From Syntrophomonas sp. DTU018 (lineage in GTDB: Bacteria > Bacillota > Syntrophomonadia > Syntrophomonadales > Syntrophomonadaceae), in assembly GCA_001513155.1 (NCBI GenBank), contig LFSR01000042.1:16961-80960 (forward strand): DNA of 64,000 nucleotides, written 5' to 3'. The position numbers and the translations under genes were made by a program. The notes under the pieces are model-generated. The model did not search any database. It saw only the letters and a list, made by a program, of their open reading frames with translations, and was not told the DNA's origin. This document shows positions 29,484 to 40,181 of this stretch, piece by piece. How positions within the stretch are numbered: position 1 is the first letter of the stretch; every line of letters begins with the position of its first letter.

Positions 29484-29735
29484 ATAACGGCCTCCTACTC
29501 GTAGAGTTAGTTTATTATATGTGAGGCCAAAATTCATTATTCAAACCATCTATTGCTTGATATAGCGCTTTTCCTGCATTCTTCGCCCCTGCCTCACTGA
29601 TCGGGTTCTTGGTATTTTATGCAAGAGCACAGTCAGATGTTGCTCCACTTTACTTATGGCATCAATTCCTTAAAATGGTTGTATACAAATTTAACAACTT
29701 ATGAGGGAGAGGGATGGCAAAAGTTGAGAAATCCA

Positions 29736-30686
29736 ATGTTTGACATTCTCAAAGGGCTGGGTATTATTTCAGTCATATTCAGCCATGTCTACCGGGGCGG
29801 AACTGATCCGCTGGCAGTATTTGTGCGGGAAATAGCCATGTGGTGTGTGCCCATGTTTTTCATGGTGCAGGGCTATTTCATGTACACTCCTGCCTATCGC
29901 AGGTGGCTGCAGAATTCATGGAACAAAATCAAAAAAGTCTACATACCTTATCTTTACTGGGCAGTAGCCTATGGTTTGTTCTTTTACTTCACCGCGGGAA
30001 AAACCTTCGGAATTATGGATCTTATCTATGGCAAAACTGCATTGCACCTGTACTACATGTTTTACTATATCATTTTTGCCATATTCTGCCCGCTGCTGTA
30101 TTTCCTGCCTAAAACATTGCGCCGCTATACCCTTTACTTAATGATCATCAGCAATATTTACTGGCTGTACATGCTGGAGATCAGCAAACATTATGGTATT
30201 CACTGGATTAGCTGGTCAGGACCGGCTCCGATAAAATGGTGGGGATTTATTGCCATCGGTATGCTGCTGGGTGAATACAAGCAGATCGAAGCCTTTATCA
30301 GGAAGCATTACAAGGCCTTTTTCGCAGGAGCAGTCATTCTAGCATTGATCGGCTTAATTGAACCTTTCTTGAATGATACCGTTGGATATCTCTTTAATAA
30401 GGTGGCTTTGTTCCCCCTGGCTATTGGCGTAACCCTGGCTCTGGCTATTTATTACAGTTCCGAAAAGGCCATTGGCCGGAATTTCCTGAATTATGTAGGC
30501 ACCCGAACCTTTGGCATCTACCTGGGACATTTCTTCTTCGTTGACATCCTGCGCAATGAACTGATCCCCGGTGACCGTACCCTGGTTGCCCTGATAATTC
30601 TGGGAATATGCCTGGCTGCCAAGGAGATAAAAGATCGAGTAACTGCCCGCCTTCCCTGGAATAAAGGTACCCAAATAGCTGCATAA
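29736..30686 (+). CDS. Acyltransferase family 3 membrane protein
   Basis: About 10 predicted TM helices and an N-terminal FDILKGLGIISVIFSH motif. Start is ATG 29736 or TTG 29724. Confidence 0.7.
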   Translation: MFDILKGLGIISVIFSHVYRGGTDPLAVFVREIAMWCVPMFFMVQGYFMYTPAYRRWLQNSWNKIKKVYIPYLYWAVAYGLFFYFTAGKTFGIMDLIYGKTALHLYYMFYYIIFAIFCPLLYFLPKTLRRYTLYLMIISNIYWLYMLEISKHYGIHWISWSGPAPIKWWGFIAIGMLLGEYKQIEAFIRKHYKAFFAGAVILALIGLIEPFLNDTVGYLFNKVALFPLAIGVTLALAIYYSSEKAIGRNFLNYVGTRTFGIYLGHFFFVDILRNELIPGDRTLVALIILGICLAAKEIKDRVTARLPWNKGTQIAA

Positions 30687-30694
30687 TCCCATAA

Positions 30695-30745
30695 AAAAGC
30701 CGATCCTAGATCCAGCTTGTGGTTAGGATCGGCTTTTCGTTTTGT
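30695..30745. terminator. Bidirectional terminator between acyltransferase and csp
   Basis: AGCCGATCCT-N17-AGGATCGGCT with A-run before and TTTCGTTTTGTT after. Confidence 0.75.
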
Positions 30746-30753
30746 TAACAAGG

Positions 30754-30957
30754 TTACATAACTTCCACATTGGAAGCTTGCGGTCCCTTGGGACCAGTCA
30801 CCACCTCAAACTTAACTCTCTGCCCTTCATTGAGGGTTTTATAACCAGTGCCCATTATAGCGGTGTGATGTACGAATACATCATCTCCCTGTTCTGTTTG
30901 GATGAATCCAAAACCTTTAGCTGCATCAAACCATTTAACTGTACCGTACAAAGCCAT
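30754..30957 (-). CDS. Cold-shock protein (CspA family)
   Basis: [15 protein letters not shown] (RNP1) and VFVHH (RNP2); 67 aa from ATG 30957. Confidence 0.95.
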   Translation of the reverse strand: MALYGTVKWFDAAKGFGFIQTEQGDDVFVHHTAIMGTGYKTLNEGQRVKFEVVTGPKGPQASNVEVM

Positions 30958-31122
30958 CACTCCAATGTAATAAAACTTCATTAATATCTTGCCCGGTGGA
31001 TATCAGTCTATGATAGTAAAACACTGCTTGCAATTCCAAAATTATTGCTAAATAAAATTTTCAGTACAACTTATGCAAAACATAAAAATGTCCATAAATA
31101 GAGCGGGGTTCCAAACCCCGCT

Positions 31123-31274
31123 CAGACTGTCAAAGAAGTCTATTAGCGGTTCGACGTTCGAGATTGCCACGCCCCTCCGGGGCTCGCAATGACACATAAG
31201 ATGGCCTTTTGGTATGTCATCGCGAGGAGCGAAGCGACGTGGCGATCTCTTTTAGCAACTTTTTTAACACTCTC
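31123..31274 (+). mobile_element. 152-bp ORF-less element (archetypal copy) flanked by a 22-bp duplicated hairpin
   Basis: Termini are CAGACTGTCAAAGAAGTCT ... TTTTTTAACACTCTC. Inverted core units lie at 31160-31194 and 31215-31249. Flanking direct repeats GAGCGGGGTTCCAAACCCCGCT occur at 31101-31122 and 31275-31296. Confidence 0.9.
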
Positions 31275-31348
31275 GAGCGGGGTTCCAAACCCCGCTGTTA
31301 CAACTTTGGCATCTGCATCTGTTATTAATTCCAGAGGAAACCCGGCTA

Positions 31349-32491
31349 TTACCCAAACAGACTGAGGAAAAATCCGGCGGCAACTGCTGATCCTATAACC
31401 CCTGCCACATTGGGGCCCATGGCATGCATCAAGAGGAAGTTGCCTGGATTAGCCTTCTGCCCTTCTATCTGAGATACGCGAGCAGCCATGGGTACAGCGG
31501 ATACACCTGCAGATCCGATGAGAGGATTAACTTTTCCACCCGTCAGTATGTACATCAGCTTGCCCAGCAATACTCCGCCAGCGGTACTGAACATGAAGGC
31601 CAGCAATCCCAGGCCTATTATTTTGAGGGTTTCAGGCCGCAAAAAGGTTTCCGCTACGGCAGTGGCTCCCACCGTGGTGGCCAGAAAGATGGTTACGATA
31701 TTTATCAAAGCGTTTTGGGCAGTCTGGCTGAGTCTTTCTACTACTCCGGATTCCCGGAAAAGATTTCCCAGCATCAGCATACCGATAAGAGGTGCTACCG
31801 ATGGCAAAAGCAGGCATACTACAATAGTAACAATAATCGGGAATACAATTTTTTCAAGTTTGGAGACTTCCCGCAACTGAGTCATTTCCACTTTTCTCTC
31901 TTTTTCCGTAGTCAGCAACCGCATAATAGGCGGTTGAATCATGGGGATCAACGCCATATAAGAATAAGCGGCAATAGCTATAGCCGGCAGCAATTCCGGA
32001 GCCAGCTTGCTGGTCAAGTAGATAGCAGTCGGGCCGTCGGCTCCCCCTATAATACCAATGGAAGCCGCCTCTTTGGGATCGAAACCTAATAGAAGGGCTA
32101 CAATAAATGCAACGTATATGCCCAGTTGGGCAGCAGCTCCCAAAAACAGGCTGGAAGGTCTGGCAATCAGAGGGCCGAAATCGGTCATGGCGCCAATGCC
32201 CAAAAATATCAGGGATGGGTAAATCCCCAGTTTAACCCCTTGATAGAGATAATAAAGAAGTCCGCCAGCATGGCCATCTGAAGGCGGAGCCATAAGGTTG
32301 GCCATAGGCAGGTTAGCCAGCAGCACCCCAAAGGCGATGGGCAATAACAGCAAGGGCTCATACTTCTTCACGATAGCCAGGTAAATAAGTACACCAGCCA
32401 CGCAGAGCATAACAACTTGCTGCCAGCTCATAGAGGGGAAGCCGGAATCATACCATAGTTTTAAAAGGATTTCCATTACAGAAATAGACAT
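31349..32491 (-). CDS. oadB: Na+-translocating decarboxylase beta subunit (OadB/GcdB/MmdB family)
   Basis: Polytopic membrane protein with the IIGGADGPT motif. Confidence 0.9.
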   Translation of the reverse strand: MSISVMEILLKLWYDSGFPSMSWQQVVMLCVAGVLIYLAIVKKYEPLLLLPIAFGVLLANLPMANLMAPPSDGHAGGLLYYLYQGVKLGIYPSLIFLGIGAMTDFGPLIARPSSLFLGAAAQLGIYVAFIVALLLGFDPKEAASIGIIGGADGPTAIYLTSKLAPELLPAIAIAAYSYMALIPMIQPPIMRLLTTEKERKVEMTQLREVSKLEKIVFPIIVTIVVCLLLPSVAPLIGMLMLGNLFRESGVVERLSQTAQNALINIVTIFLATTVGATAVAETFLRPETLKIIGLGLLAFMFSTAGGVLLGKLMYILTGGKVNPLIGSAGVSAVPMAARVSQIEGQKANPGNFLLMHAMGPNVAGVIGSAVAAGFFLSLFG

Positions 32492-32506
32492 CGTTCCCCC
32501 CCCAAA

Positions 32507-32908
32507 CTACTGCAGCGTTAGCAGGATGTCACCTGTTGAGACAGATGTTCCTTTGGTCACCATGATCTCAGAGACCAACCCATCTCGCGGAGCAACAATT
32601 TCACTTTCCATTTTCATGGCTTCCATGATAAATAAAACATCGCCCTGTTTTACCTTATTACCCGGCTGAACACTTACAGCAACAATGGTCCCGGGCATAG
32701 GAGCCCTGAGGGGTTCACCTGATGCTGGAGCAGCTTGAGGGTTGGAAGTATTGGCTGGCTTCACTTCTGAAGCTGCAGGGGGTGCTTGAATCTCATTTTG
32801 CACAGGAACCGCAGCAGCCTGGGTAGTCCTGACGATACTGGCCTGTCCTTTCTCCACCTCAACTTCGTAACTTTTATCATTAATGGTAACAATGTATTTC
32901 ATCCCCAT
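32507..32908 (-). CDS. Biotin carboxyl carrier subunit of the decarboxylase
   Basis: Biotinylation motif EAMKME in the C-terminal lipoyl-like domain; Ala/Pro-rich linker. Confidence 0.9.
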   Translation of the reverse strand: MGMKYIVTINDKSYEVEVEKGQASIVRTTQAAAVPVQNEIQAPPAASEVKPANTSNPQAAPASGEPLRAPMPGTIVAVSVQPGNKVKQGDVLFIMEAMKMESEIVAPRDGLVSEIMVTKGTSVSTGDILLTLQ

Positions 32909-32914
32909 TCCCCC

Positions 32915-33277
32915 TTATAAACTAGAATCAATAGCCTTAATTGTCTTGAACTGCAGCTGGGATAGAGGTATCTCACTTTCATCGCTGACGATAGCCATAA
33001 TCATGGCCGCCGTTTTTTCATCAACTCCGATAAGCTTTAACTCCCCTGCTGACCAATCCCCGTCAGGTTCTCCAAGAATATAGGGAACAGTTCCCTCAGT
33101 TCTCTGCGCTGCACTGCCTGGTATGGCATAACCATTCGTATCCTGACCATTCTTCACTACCAATCCCAGGATCTGGGACAAAATGGTTATAAAAAAGCTC
33201 AGTAAAATGAGCACCGTAAAAACTACAGCCATACCTAACAGGGATACCCATAAGCTGTCAATGAATGTCATGAGCAC
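32915..33277 (-). CDS. OadG-family small membrane subunit
   Basis: N-terminal TM helix GMAVVFTVLILL and operon context. Confidence 0.7.
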   Translation of the reverse strand: MLMTFIDSLWVSLLGMAVVFTVLILLSFFITILSQILGLVVKNGQDTNGYAIPGSAAQRTEGTVPYILGEPDGDWSAGELKLIGVDEKTAAMIMAIVSDESEIPLSQLQFKTIKAIDSSL

Positions 33278-33283
33278 CCTCCT

Positions 33284-34660
33284 TTAGAGCTTTCTTATGG
33301 TGTAACTAACTTTTACAGCTGTACTCTCTTCTCTGTTCTTCAGGAATTGTTCCGCAATCTGGGGAAAGGCGATATAGGACAACACATCTTCATCGCTTTT
33401 GGCCAGACTGCCGATTTCCTGCTTGGCTTTTTCAAATTGAGGCTCCAGAGTGTCAGCAAACCTGCCCGTAAAAGGCTTTTCATCACCCAAAACCTTTTTC
33501 ACCAGCTCGGCATCCAATTCTCCAGGAGGTCTGCCGTATTCACCTTTAAGGTAAGCCCTAAGTTCTTTGGATACACTCTTGTAGCGCTCACCCATCAGTA
33601 TATTGGTGGCCGCCTGCACCCCTACGATCTGGCTCATAGGGGTCACCAGAGGAGGATATCCTAGTTCTTTTCTGACCACCGGAATTTCCTGCAGCACTTC
33701 CGGCAGTTTTTCCAGGGCATTAAACTGCTTTAACTGAGCAATAAGATTGGAAAGCATTCCCCCAGGCACCTGGTAAATAAGGGCATTGGTATCCGAACCC
33801 AGCACAAAATGTTCCAGTACACCGGTTTTGATAAATCTCTCCTTGACCGGCAGGAAAAAGTCGTTGATTGCTTTTAAGACTTCAGGGTCCAGACCGGTAT
33901 CATAGCCCGCCTGGGTTAAAGCGTAATGCAGCGATTCAGTGGCAGGCTGGGAGGTCCCCCCGCCAAATGCGGAAATAGCACAATCAATGCCGTCACAGCC
34001 AGCTTCTACGGCTTTATAATAAGTAATCGGGCCTAATCCAGTAGTAGAGTGGGTATGGAGAAAAACCGGTATTTTTACAGATGCCTTTAAAGCGGTGATT
34101 AGATCAAAAGCTTCCTGGGGTCCAAGTATGCCTGACATATCCTTGATGCAAATGGAGTCAACCCCCATTCCTTCCAACTCTTTTCCCAGTTTGACATAGT
34201 TTTCGATGTTGTGAATGGGACTGATGGTATAGCAGATAGCCCCCTGGGCATGCCCGCCGCTTTTTAAGGTCTGAGCCACCGCAACTTCAATGTTGCGGAA
34301 GTCATTTAGAGCATCAAATATTCTGATTATGTCTATACCATTACTGATGGAATGCTCCACAAACTTGCGGACCACATCATCAGGGTAATGCCTGTATCCC
34401 AGTAGATTTTGACCTCTTAACAGCATCTGCAGCTTGGTATGCTTCATTTTGGACTTAATTTTTCTGAGCCTTTCCCAGGGATCTTCATTCAGATATCGCA
34501 GACAGGAGTCAAAGGTTGCTCCTCCCCAGCATTCCACGGAGTAGTACCCGGCACTATCGATCTTTTCCAGAATCGGTTCAAAATCGCTAAAAGGCATTCT
34601 AGTTGCTATAAGCGATTGGTTGGCATCTCTTAAAACCGTTTCCGTAATATTTATTTTCAT
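33284..34660 (-). CDS. oadA: Oxaloacetate decarboxylase alpha / carboxyltransferase (5S-like) subunit without biotin domain
   Basis: HMGL-like TIM barrel (LRDANQS, FLHTHSTTGL) plus conserved C-terminal carboxyltransferase region. Confidence 0.9.
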   Translation of the reverse strand: MKINITETVLRDANQSLIATRMPFSDFEPILEKIDSAGYYSVECWGGATFDSCLRYLNEDPWERLRKIKSKMKHTKLQMLLRGQNLLGYRHYPDDVVRKFVEHSISNGIDIIRIFDALNDFRNIEVAVAQTLKSGGHAQGAICYTISPIHNIENYVKLGKELEGMGVDSICIKDMSGILGPQEAFDLITALKASVKIPVFLHTHSTTGLGPITYYKAVEAGCDGIDCAISAFGGGTSQPATESLHYALTQAGYDTGLDPEVLKAINDFFLPVKERFIKTGVLEHFVLGSDTNALIYQVPGGMLSNLIAQLKQFNALEKLPEVLQEIPVVRKELGYPPLVTPMSQIVGVQAATNILMGERYKSVSKELRAYLKGEYGRPPGELDAELVKKVLGDEKPFTGRFADTLEPQFEKAKQEIGSLAKSDEDVLSYIAFPQIAEQFLKNREESTAVKVSYTIRKL

Positions 34661-34991
34661 CAGTTCACTCCCTTCCAGCGCATTAATACAATTTTATTAA
34701 GTGTGGATATTAAGCGTGCATTATAGCCAAAATACAACTTTAATGCCAGATAACTCCCATTGAAGACATTTGAAACTAAACTTTCCACGTCTTTACAAAA
34801 AAACCTGCCAAAATTCTTGTATACACGGTACAACGGCAGTAAATCCTGTTGCGAACAGCCTAAGTAAGCTGTTTAATTGCCAATAAAAATAGCGGAGCTT
34901 ATACTCCGCTAAAGCAAATAAAGAGCACACTGGTCTGATATACTTATGTGATTGACAGGCATATGGGCATCAAACGAAATGAGCGTGACCA

Positions 34992-35019
34992 CAAAAAAAG
35001 CGGGGCTGTATACCCCGCT
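34992..35019 (-). terminator. Terminator after tRNA-Val
   Basis: AGCGGGG-TATACAG-CCCCGCT followed by TTTTTTT on the minus strand. Confidence 0.85.
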
Positions 35020-35034
35020 CTTGCTAGCTCTTTA

Positions 35035-35109
35035 TGGTGGGCCGTACAAGATTCGAACTTGTGACTTCTTCCGCGTCAAGGAAGCACTCTCCCACTGAGT
35101 TAACGGCCC
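35035..35109 (-). tRNA. tRNA-Val (anticodon GAC), CCA encoded
   Basis: Hand-folded cloverleaf. Acceptor GGGCCGT/ACGGCCC, D stem ACTC/GAGT, anticodon stem CTTCC/GGAAG with loop TTGACGC. T stem ACAAG/CTTGT with loop TTCGAAT, discriminator A, CCA. Confidence 0.95.
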
Positions 35110-35448
35110 TTAAGCATTATTGATTATATCGTGTATATCAATGAAAATCAACACCTCTGCCAGGCTAGAGGAGAAAAGTATTATAAAAATCTGAGCAGCA
35201 AAGCCTCTAAAGACCCTACTTCAGGGGCAATGATCAAATATCCGAAAAATGCCCCTTGAGAGCGAGATATAAATATGGAATAATATACCAATAAGGTTAC
35301 TGTGTTTCTTTTCGGCCAGCGATATGCTTTATGTAAAGCAGCGAAACCTTGTGAGCCAAAAAAGGAAAGGTCTTCTAATACCGTAATATTCTCAGGTGTG
35401 TTACCATATCTGTATAACCAGTAATTAAAAAGAAAGGAGCGCATTACT

Positions 35449-36720
35449 TTGAAGCGGAAAACCTGCTTAATACTTAGCCTTATCCTGGTAATGATCATGG
35501 CAACTCCAGCTCTAGCCTCCGTTTCTCTGGACATAAATGGGCAGGCATATAAGCCCTCCAGTGAACTCTACCTGGAAAACGGAGTTACTTTAGTACCGCT
35601 GGATGTTATTAAAAATGTGCTGGGCTGCGAAGTTGCTGTTGCCGAAGATATCAGGTTAAGGGAAAACGACCATACCCTGAAAATGGCTGTCGGTAAAACC
35701 ACTGCAACGGTAAATGATACCATTGCAACTATGCCCATAGCCCCTCGCATGGTTGAGGGTCAGATCTATGTTCCGCTGCGCTTTATCATGGAAGCCGTAG
35801 GAGCCCAGGTTGATTGGAATGGAGAAAACCGCCAGGTATCCATCACCTACAATGAAACCCGAAATGGCATGACTGCCGAAGAAATTATGGCCAAATCGTC
35901 TGTAGCTATGACTGAAGCCAACCGGTACAAAATGCTGGCTGATGTGCGCAGTACAGTGAAGGTCAGTACTGATCTTCCTGATTCCGAAGCCGCAGACATG
36001 TCCATGGATCTGCAAGGCACTGTGGAAGCCTGGATGCAGATGAATCCTGTGCTTATGTATCTGAAGCAAAACATGACCATCAATGCCCCCATTGCACCTG
36101 CTCCTGCGACTCAGACTGTGGAGACTGAAATGGCTATGAACCAGGACGGAATATTCATTACTATGCCGGATATTGGCTGGGTAAAGATGGATTTACAGGA
36201 ACTTAACATGCAGGAACTGATGCAGCAGTCCATGACTCAGGATCCAACTGCCGCAATACAGCAGATGCGGGACTTGGGTATGATAGTTTCCCTGGGTCAG
36301 GATCAGGAAAAGAACGGCAAGAAATACTGGGTACTGCGGGCCGCTGTAAACGGAAATATCCTGGACAGTGATTATTTCAAAAAGATGACCCAGCAAATGC
36401 CAGCTATGCTTGAGGGAATGGATATTGAGCAGATGCTGGAAAACCTGGACGTAGATTTGTCCTATGATATGTGGATCGATCAGGATACCTTTTATGCCGA
36501 TTACATGAACATGTCCGGAGACATCAAGTTTGCCATGAGTCTACCGGCAACTGATGAAACTCCAGCAGGTAATATGGAAATGGCTATGACCATCCAGGCA
36601 TCCTATACCATGTCCGATTATGGGAAGGAATTTACAGTACCAGATGTGACTGGCGCCCGGGACTTTGAAGAAGTCCTGGCTGAACAAATTGCCCAGGCCC
36701 AAACGGCTCTCGAACCATAA
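35449..36720 (+). CDS. Secreted protein with copper amine oxidase N-terminal-like domain
   Basis: Signal peptide, VTLVPLDVI and IYVPLRFIMEAVGAQVDWN repeats. TTG start with AGGAG RBS. Confidence 0.7.
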   Translation: MKRKTCLILSLILVMIMATPALASVSLDINGQAYKPSSELYLENGVTLVPLDVIKNVLGCEVAVAEDIRLRENDHTLKMAVGKTTATVNDTIATMPIAPRMVEGQIYVPLRFIMEAVGAQVDWNGENRQVSITYNETRNGMTAEEIMAKSSVAMTEANRYKMLADVRSTVKVSTDLPDSEAADMSMDLQGTVEAWMQMNPVLMYLKQNMTINAPIAPAPATQTVETEMAMNQDGIFITMPDIGWVKMDLQELNMQELMQQSMTQDPTAAIQQMRDLGMIVSLGQDQEKNGKKYWVLRAAVNGNILDSDYFKKMTQQMPAMLEGMDIEQMLENLDVDLSYDMWIDQDTFYADYMNMSGDIKFAMSLPATDETPAGNMEMAMTIQASYTMSDYGKEFTVPDVTGARDFEEVLAEQIAQAQTALEP

Positions 36721-36742
36721 AAATAAATAGACATAATGGACC

Positions 36743-36777
36743 AGGACGGTCAGGACCAACTGACCGTCCTTTTTTTT
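36743..36777 (+). terminator. Intrinsic terminator
   Basis: AGGACGGTCAG-GACCAA-CTGACCGTCCT + TTTTTTT. Confidence 0.9.
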
Positions 36778-36887
36778 GACATAATTCCTAAAAAAAGCAT
36801 CTTCCTTTTTGCACAGTACATAGTAAAATAATATACGTGATTTCCTACCCAGCACTTCACTATTTCGCAGTAAAGGAGGTACAAAAA

Positions 36888-39218
36888 TTGAAAAAGCGAT
36901 TAGCTACCAAAATAGTTGTTAATCTGGTGGTTTTTGTTGTCATTATCTTCGCGTTATCTTATGGAATCAACGTCTCGGTACAGAATAAACTTGTTGATGA
37001 GCTGGAAGAGCAGTACGCAATGAGTATTCTCAATCAGACCGAACTAGCTCTGAATTCAGCTTACGACCAAGCCGAGGCTTTGGCACAAGCCTTAGAACAT
37101 AACCCGGAAATCGCCCGGGCATTTGCCGATAGAGACCGGGAACTTTTAGAAAGCCTGGTAGCACCCCTTTACACCTCCTGGCAAACAGAATACGACGTAG
37201 CTCAATTGCAGTTCATAACCCCTGATTTACATTCCTTTTACCGGGCTCATAAACCTGAAGAATTCGGAGATGACCTGAGCTTTCGCAAAGGCTTGTCCAG
37301 GGTTACCGAAACTCAAGAGCGGTTAACCACAGCAGAGTCAGGAGCAGCCGGCTATGGATTGAGATGTATCATTCCTTTGTTCGATGGTGATCAATTCGTG
37401 GGAGCCTGTGAAGTGGGCATATCCCTGGATAAAGCAGTAGAAAGAGCCCTCGGAAGCCAAAACCTGGAATATTATTCCCTGTACAGTTTAGCTGACGGCC
37501 AGTCTGAAAAATTATGGGGTAATGATCACAAAGTTTCGCTATCACCCGCCGATTTGGAAAAACTGCAGCAAGGCCAAGCATTTTATAGAAACAGTTCTGA
37601 CAACAAGTATATGTTAGTAATAATTCCTATCAAGGACGTGGACAATCAAACTATAGCTTACATACATGGCGAATTGCCCCGGGACAGCATTCTACAGGCC
37701 GGGAAATCTGCCAGACTCAGCATTTTAGGCATAATGATTCTAGCTTTACTGCTCCTGTGCGGTTCCATTGTGTTAATACTGCGTAAAGCGCTGCAGCACT
37801 TAAAGCCCCTGCAGGAAACCATGAATGCAGTCAGCAACGGAGATTTGACTAAAATAATAGAGCTGGTTTCCCATCAAGATGAAATTGGCCAGCTTACCTC
37901 TGATTTCTCCAGGCTGCTGGAAAAAATTAAAGAAGTATTTAAAGAACTGTTTACCACTACCGCCAATTTGACCAGTAATGCCAACTTTATGAATGATGTG
38001 ACCAATTCATCTGTAGCCAGCTTGAATCACTCCATAAACGCTCTCGAGAGACTAAGTCAACAATTGAATGAAGTAGGCAACAACTTGAAACAGGCTGACA
38101 TGGGAGTTGATCAAATCGCTGGTGCTGCACAAATGGTGGCCGAGCAGACCCAGAAAATGCAGGAGTCATATATCACCCTGACAGAAGTGGCCCGCAGCGG
38201 CAAGGACAGTTTAAACCAGGTAGTGGAGTCTATCAATAACTTGAAAGCCAATAGCATCAACACCTTGGAGAATGCCCGGGAATTAGAAGCAATTTCCCGG
38301 GATATAGGAGCCATATCCAGTACTATTATGGCTGTGTCTGATCAGACCAACCTGTTGGCCTTAAACGCTGCTATCGAATCGGCCCGCGCTGGTGAACATG
38401 GCCGGGGCTTTTCGGTGGTAGCAGAAGAGGTGCGCAAACTGGCCGAAGAGACTGCCCAGTACGCTCATCAAATCAGCAATCTCATTGCCAATGTTCAGTC
38501 CCATATTAGCGGTTTTGTTCACCAAATCGAGTTTATGGCGGGAATTATTGAGGAAGGCAACCAGACCACCATAGGGGTAGTACATAAACTGGAGGAAATT
38601 GTCCAGCATATTGAGACAGTTGAAAAGTCCGTCTACGATATATCTGCTGCTATGCAAGAACAGAGCGCATCATCCCAGGAAATATCTGCTGTGGTAGACT
38701 CGGTAACTGAAGTCACTAATACATTGCTGGCAACCCTAAGTGATACAATGCAGAACATCCAGGAACAGGTGAACAACTTCTCAGAACTGGCCCGCATCGC
38801 CGGTGTAACCAATGAAATATCGGATTCCCTGCGGGCTATTATTCAGCAATATCGTATGCCCGACGAAGTAGTGCTTACCCAGGTTAAGGAAGACCATCGT
38901 AATTTTGTCCGCAAGTATGAGTTTATCGTAAAACAAAAGCTCTATTTTGACCCTGATCAGGTGGTTGACCACCACTCCTGCCGCTTGGGCAAATGGTACG
39001 ACGGCATTACCGACCCGCAAGTAAAACAAATATTCGCTGAAGCAGCCGATGAACCCCATCAACAGATTCACCGCCTGGCCCGTCAGGCAGTAATTCTGAA
39101 TAATGAAGGACGTAACCAGGAAGCCCTGCAAGTTATTGACCAGATGTACGAAATCTCCGCTAAAATCCTGGCCGCTATCGATAAGATACTGGATCATGTA
39201 AGCAACCAAAATAGCTAA
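36888..39218 (+). CDS. Methyl-accepting chemotaxis protein with Cache-like sensor, HAMP and C-terminal CZB zinc-binding domain
   Basis: Signalling hairpin [35 protein letters not shown]-terminal [10 protein letters not shown]...HQQIH. TTG start 36888 after AAGGAGGT. Confidence 0.9.
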   Translation: MKKRLATKIVVNLVVFVVIIFALSYGINVSVQNKLVDELEEQYAMSILNQTELALNSAYDQAEALAQALEHNPEIARAFADRDRELLESLVAPLYTSWQTEYDVAQLQFITPDLHSFYRAHKPEEFGDDLSFRKGLSRVTETQERLTTAESGAAGYGLRCIIPLFDGDQFVGACEVGISLDKAVERALGSQNLEYYSLYSLADGQSEKLWGNDHKVSLSPADLEKLQQGQAFYRNSSDNKYMLVIIPIKDVDNQTIAYIHGELPRDSILQAGKSARLSILGIMILALLLLCGSIVLILRKALQHLKPLQETMNAVSNGDLTKIIELVSHQDEIGQLTSDFSRLLEKIKEVFKELFTTTANLTSNANFMNDVTNSSVASLNHSINALERLSQQLNEVGNNLKQADMGVDQIAGAAQMVAEQTQKMQESYITLTEVARSGKDSLNQVVESINNLKANSINTLENARELEAISRDIGAISSTIMAVSDQTNLLALNAAIESARAGEHGRGFSVVAEEVRKLAEETAQYAHQISNLIANVQSHISGFVHQIEFMAGIIEEGNQTTIGVVHKLEEIVQHIETVEKSVYDISAAMQEQSASSQEISAVVDSVTEVTNTLLATLSDTMQNIQEQVNNFSELARIAGVTNEISDSLRAIIQQYRMPDEVVLTQVKEDHRNFVRKYEFIVKQKLYFDPDQVVDHHSCRLGKWYDGITDPQVKQIFAEAADEPHQQIHRLARQAVILNNEGRNQEALQVIDQMYEISAKILAAIDKILDHVSNQNS

Positions 39219-39229
39219 CTTTGGCTTGC

Positions 39230-39250
39230 AGGGGGGCTAACCGCCCCCCT
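39230..39250 (+). terminator. GC-rich hairpin after the MCP gene
   Basis: AGGGGGGC-TAACC-GCCCCCCT; no T-run. Confidence 0.4.
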
Positions 39251-39265
39251 CAAATTATGAATAAA

Positions 39266-39330
39266 GATGTTAAAAGAGATCGCCACATTGCTGAGTTCCT
39301 CGCGATGACACAATCGGAGGCCATCATATG
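39266..39330 (+). repeat. Solo half-copy of the repeat element (one core unit plus partial linker)
   Basis: GTTAAAAGAGATCGCCAC-ATTGCTGAGT-TCCTCGCGATGACA (unit 39276-39310) then GGCCATCATATG. This resembles the R-end half of the 152-bp element in reverse orientation. Confidence 0.7.
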
Positions 39331-39396
39331 TTGGAATAATGGATCCCCTGCCACCATACAAATATAGAAAACCAGACAAAAAGGGGGACCGGCTTA

Positions 39397-40128
39397 ATGC
39401 CCAAAATCTTCGGTTTCTATGAGATGCAGCCCCGGGCAAAAATCACTTTGATCGGCATACTAGCCCTGGTGATCCTGGCCAGCAGTGTTATGTATGTACA
39501 GGCTTATCACCGGTTAAAACCGGTTTACGAAGTAAATACCGATGAGAAAGTAGTGGCCTTAACTTTTGACATCAGCTGGGGAAATCAGACCCCCATGCCG
39601 GTTATAGAAATACTGAAGGAAAAAAATGTGAAGACCACCTTCTTCTTATCAGGACCGTGGGTAAAGCAAAACCCCGATGTGGTAAAACGCATCAAGGAAG
39701 ATGGCCATGAAATAGGCAGTCATGGGTATCGCCATATTAACTTAAGCAATCTAAGCAAATCAGAGGTAAAGGAAGAGGTGAAAAAAGCCCACGAGATTAT
39801 CAAGGAAGTGGCCGGCGTAGAACCCAATCTTATTCGCACTCCCAATGGGGATTACAGTGACCAGGTTATTGAAGCCATTCATGAGGTAAATTATGAAGCC
39901 ATTCAATGGAGTGTTGATTCTCTGGATTGGATGAATCCTGGAGTAGACACTATTGTTGAAAGGGTAAGCAAACGGGTCCACCCGGGAGCCATCATACTGA
40001 TGCATGCCAGTGACAGCTGCAAACAGACCACCGAAGCCCTGCCCCGGGTTATAGACAACCTGCAGAAACAAGGTTACAAAATCGTAACCGTTTCCGAGTT
40101 GCTGAAAATGGGTGATAAAGAGAATTAA
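39397..40128 (+). CDS. Polysaccharide deacetylase (NodB family, PdaB-like)
   Basis: N-terminal TM, TFDISWG, HGYRH and LMHAS motifs. Confidence 0.85.
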   Translation: MPKIFGFYEMQPRAKITLIGILALVILASSVMYVQAYHRLKPVYEVNTDEKVVALTFDISWGNQTPMPVIEILKEKNVKTTFFLSGPWVKQNPDVVKRIKEDGHEIGSHGYRHINLSNLSKSEVKEEVKKAHEIIKEVAGVEPNLIRTPNGDYSDQVIEAIHEVNYEAIQWSVDSLDWMNPGVDTIVERVSKRVHPGAIILMHASDSCKQTTEALPRVIDNLQKQGYKIVTVSELLKMGDKEN

Positions 40129-40147
40129 CAGCGGTATAAAACTAATG

Positions 40148-40180
40148 AAGCCATTTAAGGGGTATCCTTAAATGGCTTCT
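40148..40180. terminator. Bidirectional terminator
   Basis: AAGCCATTTAAGG-GGTAT-CCTTAAATGGCTT + CTTTTATT. Confidence 0.8.
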
Positions 40181-40181
40181 T

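Noticed and set aside
31143-31160. tRNA-like GGTTCGA motif in the element left end (TTAGCGGTTCGACGTTCGAG)
   Set aside because: No acceptor, anticodon or T-stem pairing can be drawn around it; the resemblance is to the T-loop only.
35181-35534. 117-aa minus-strand ORF overlapping the start, RBS and promoter region of the 35449 gene
   Set aside because: There is no RBS and no recognisable motifs, and it overlaps a well-supported divergent gene start. It is likely non-coding.
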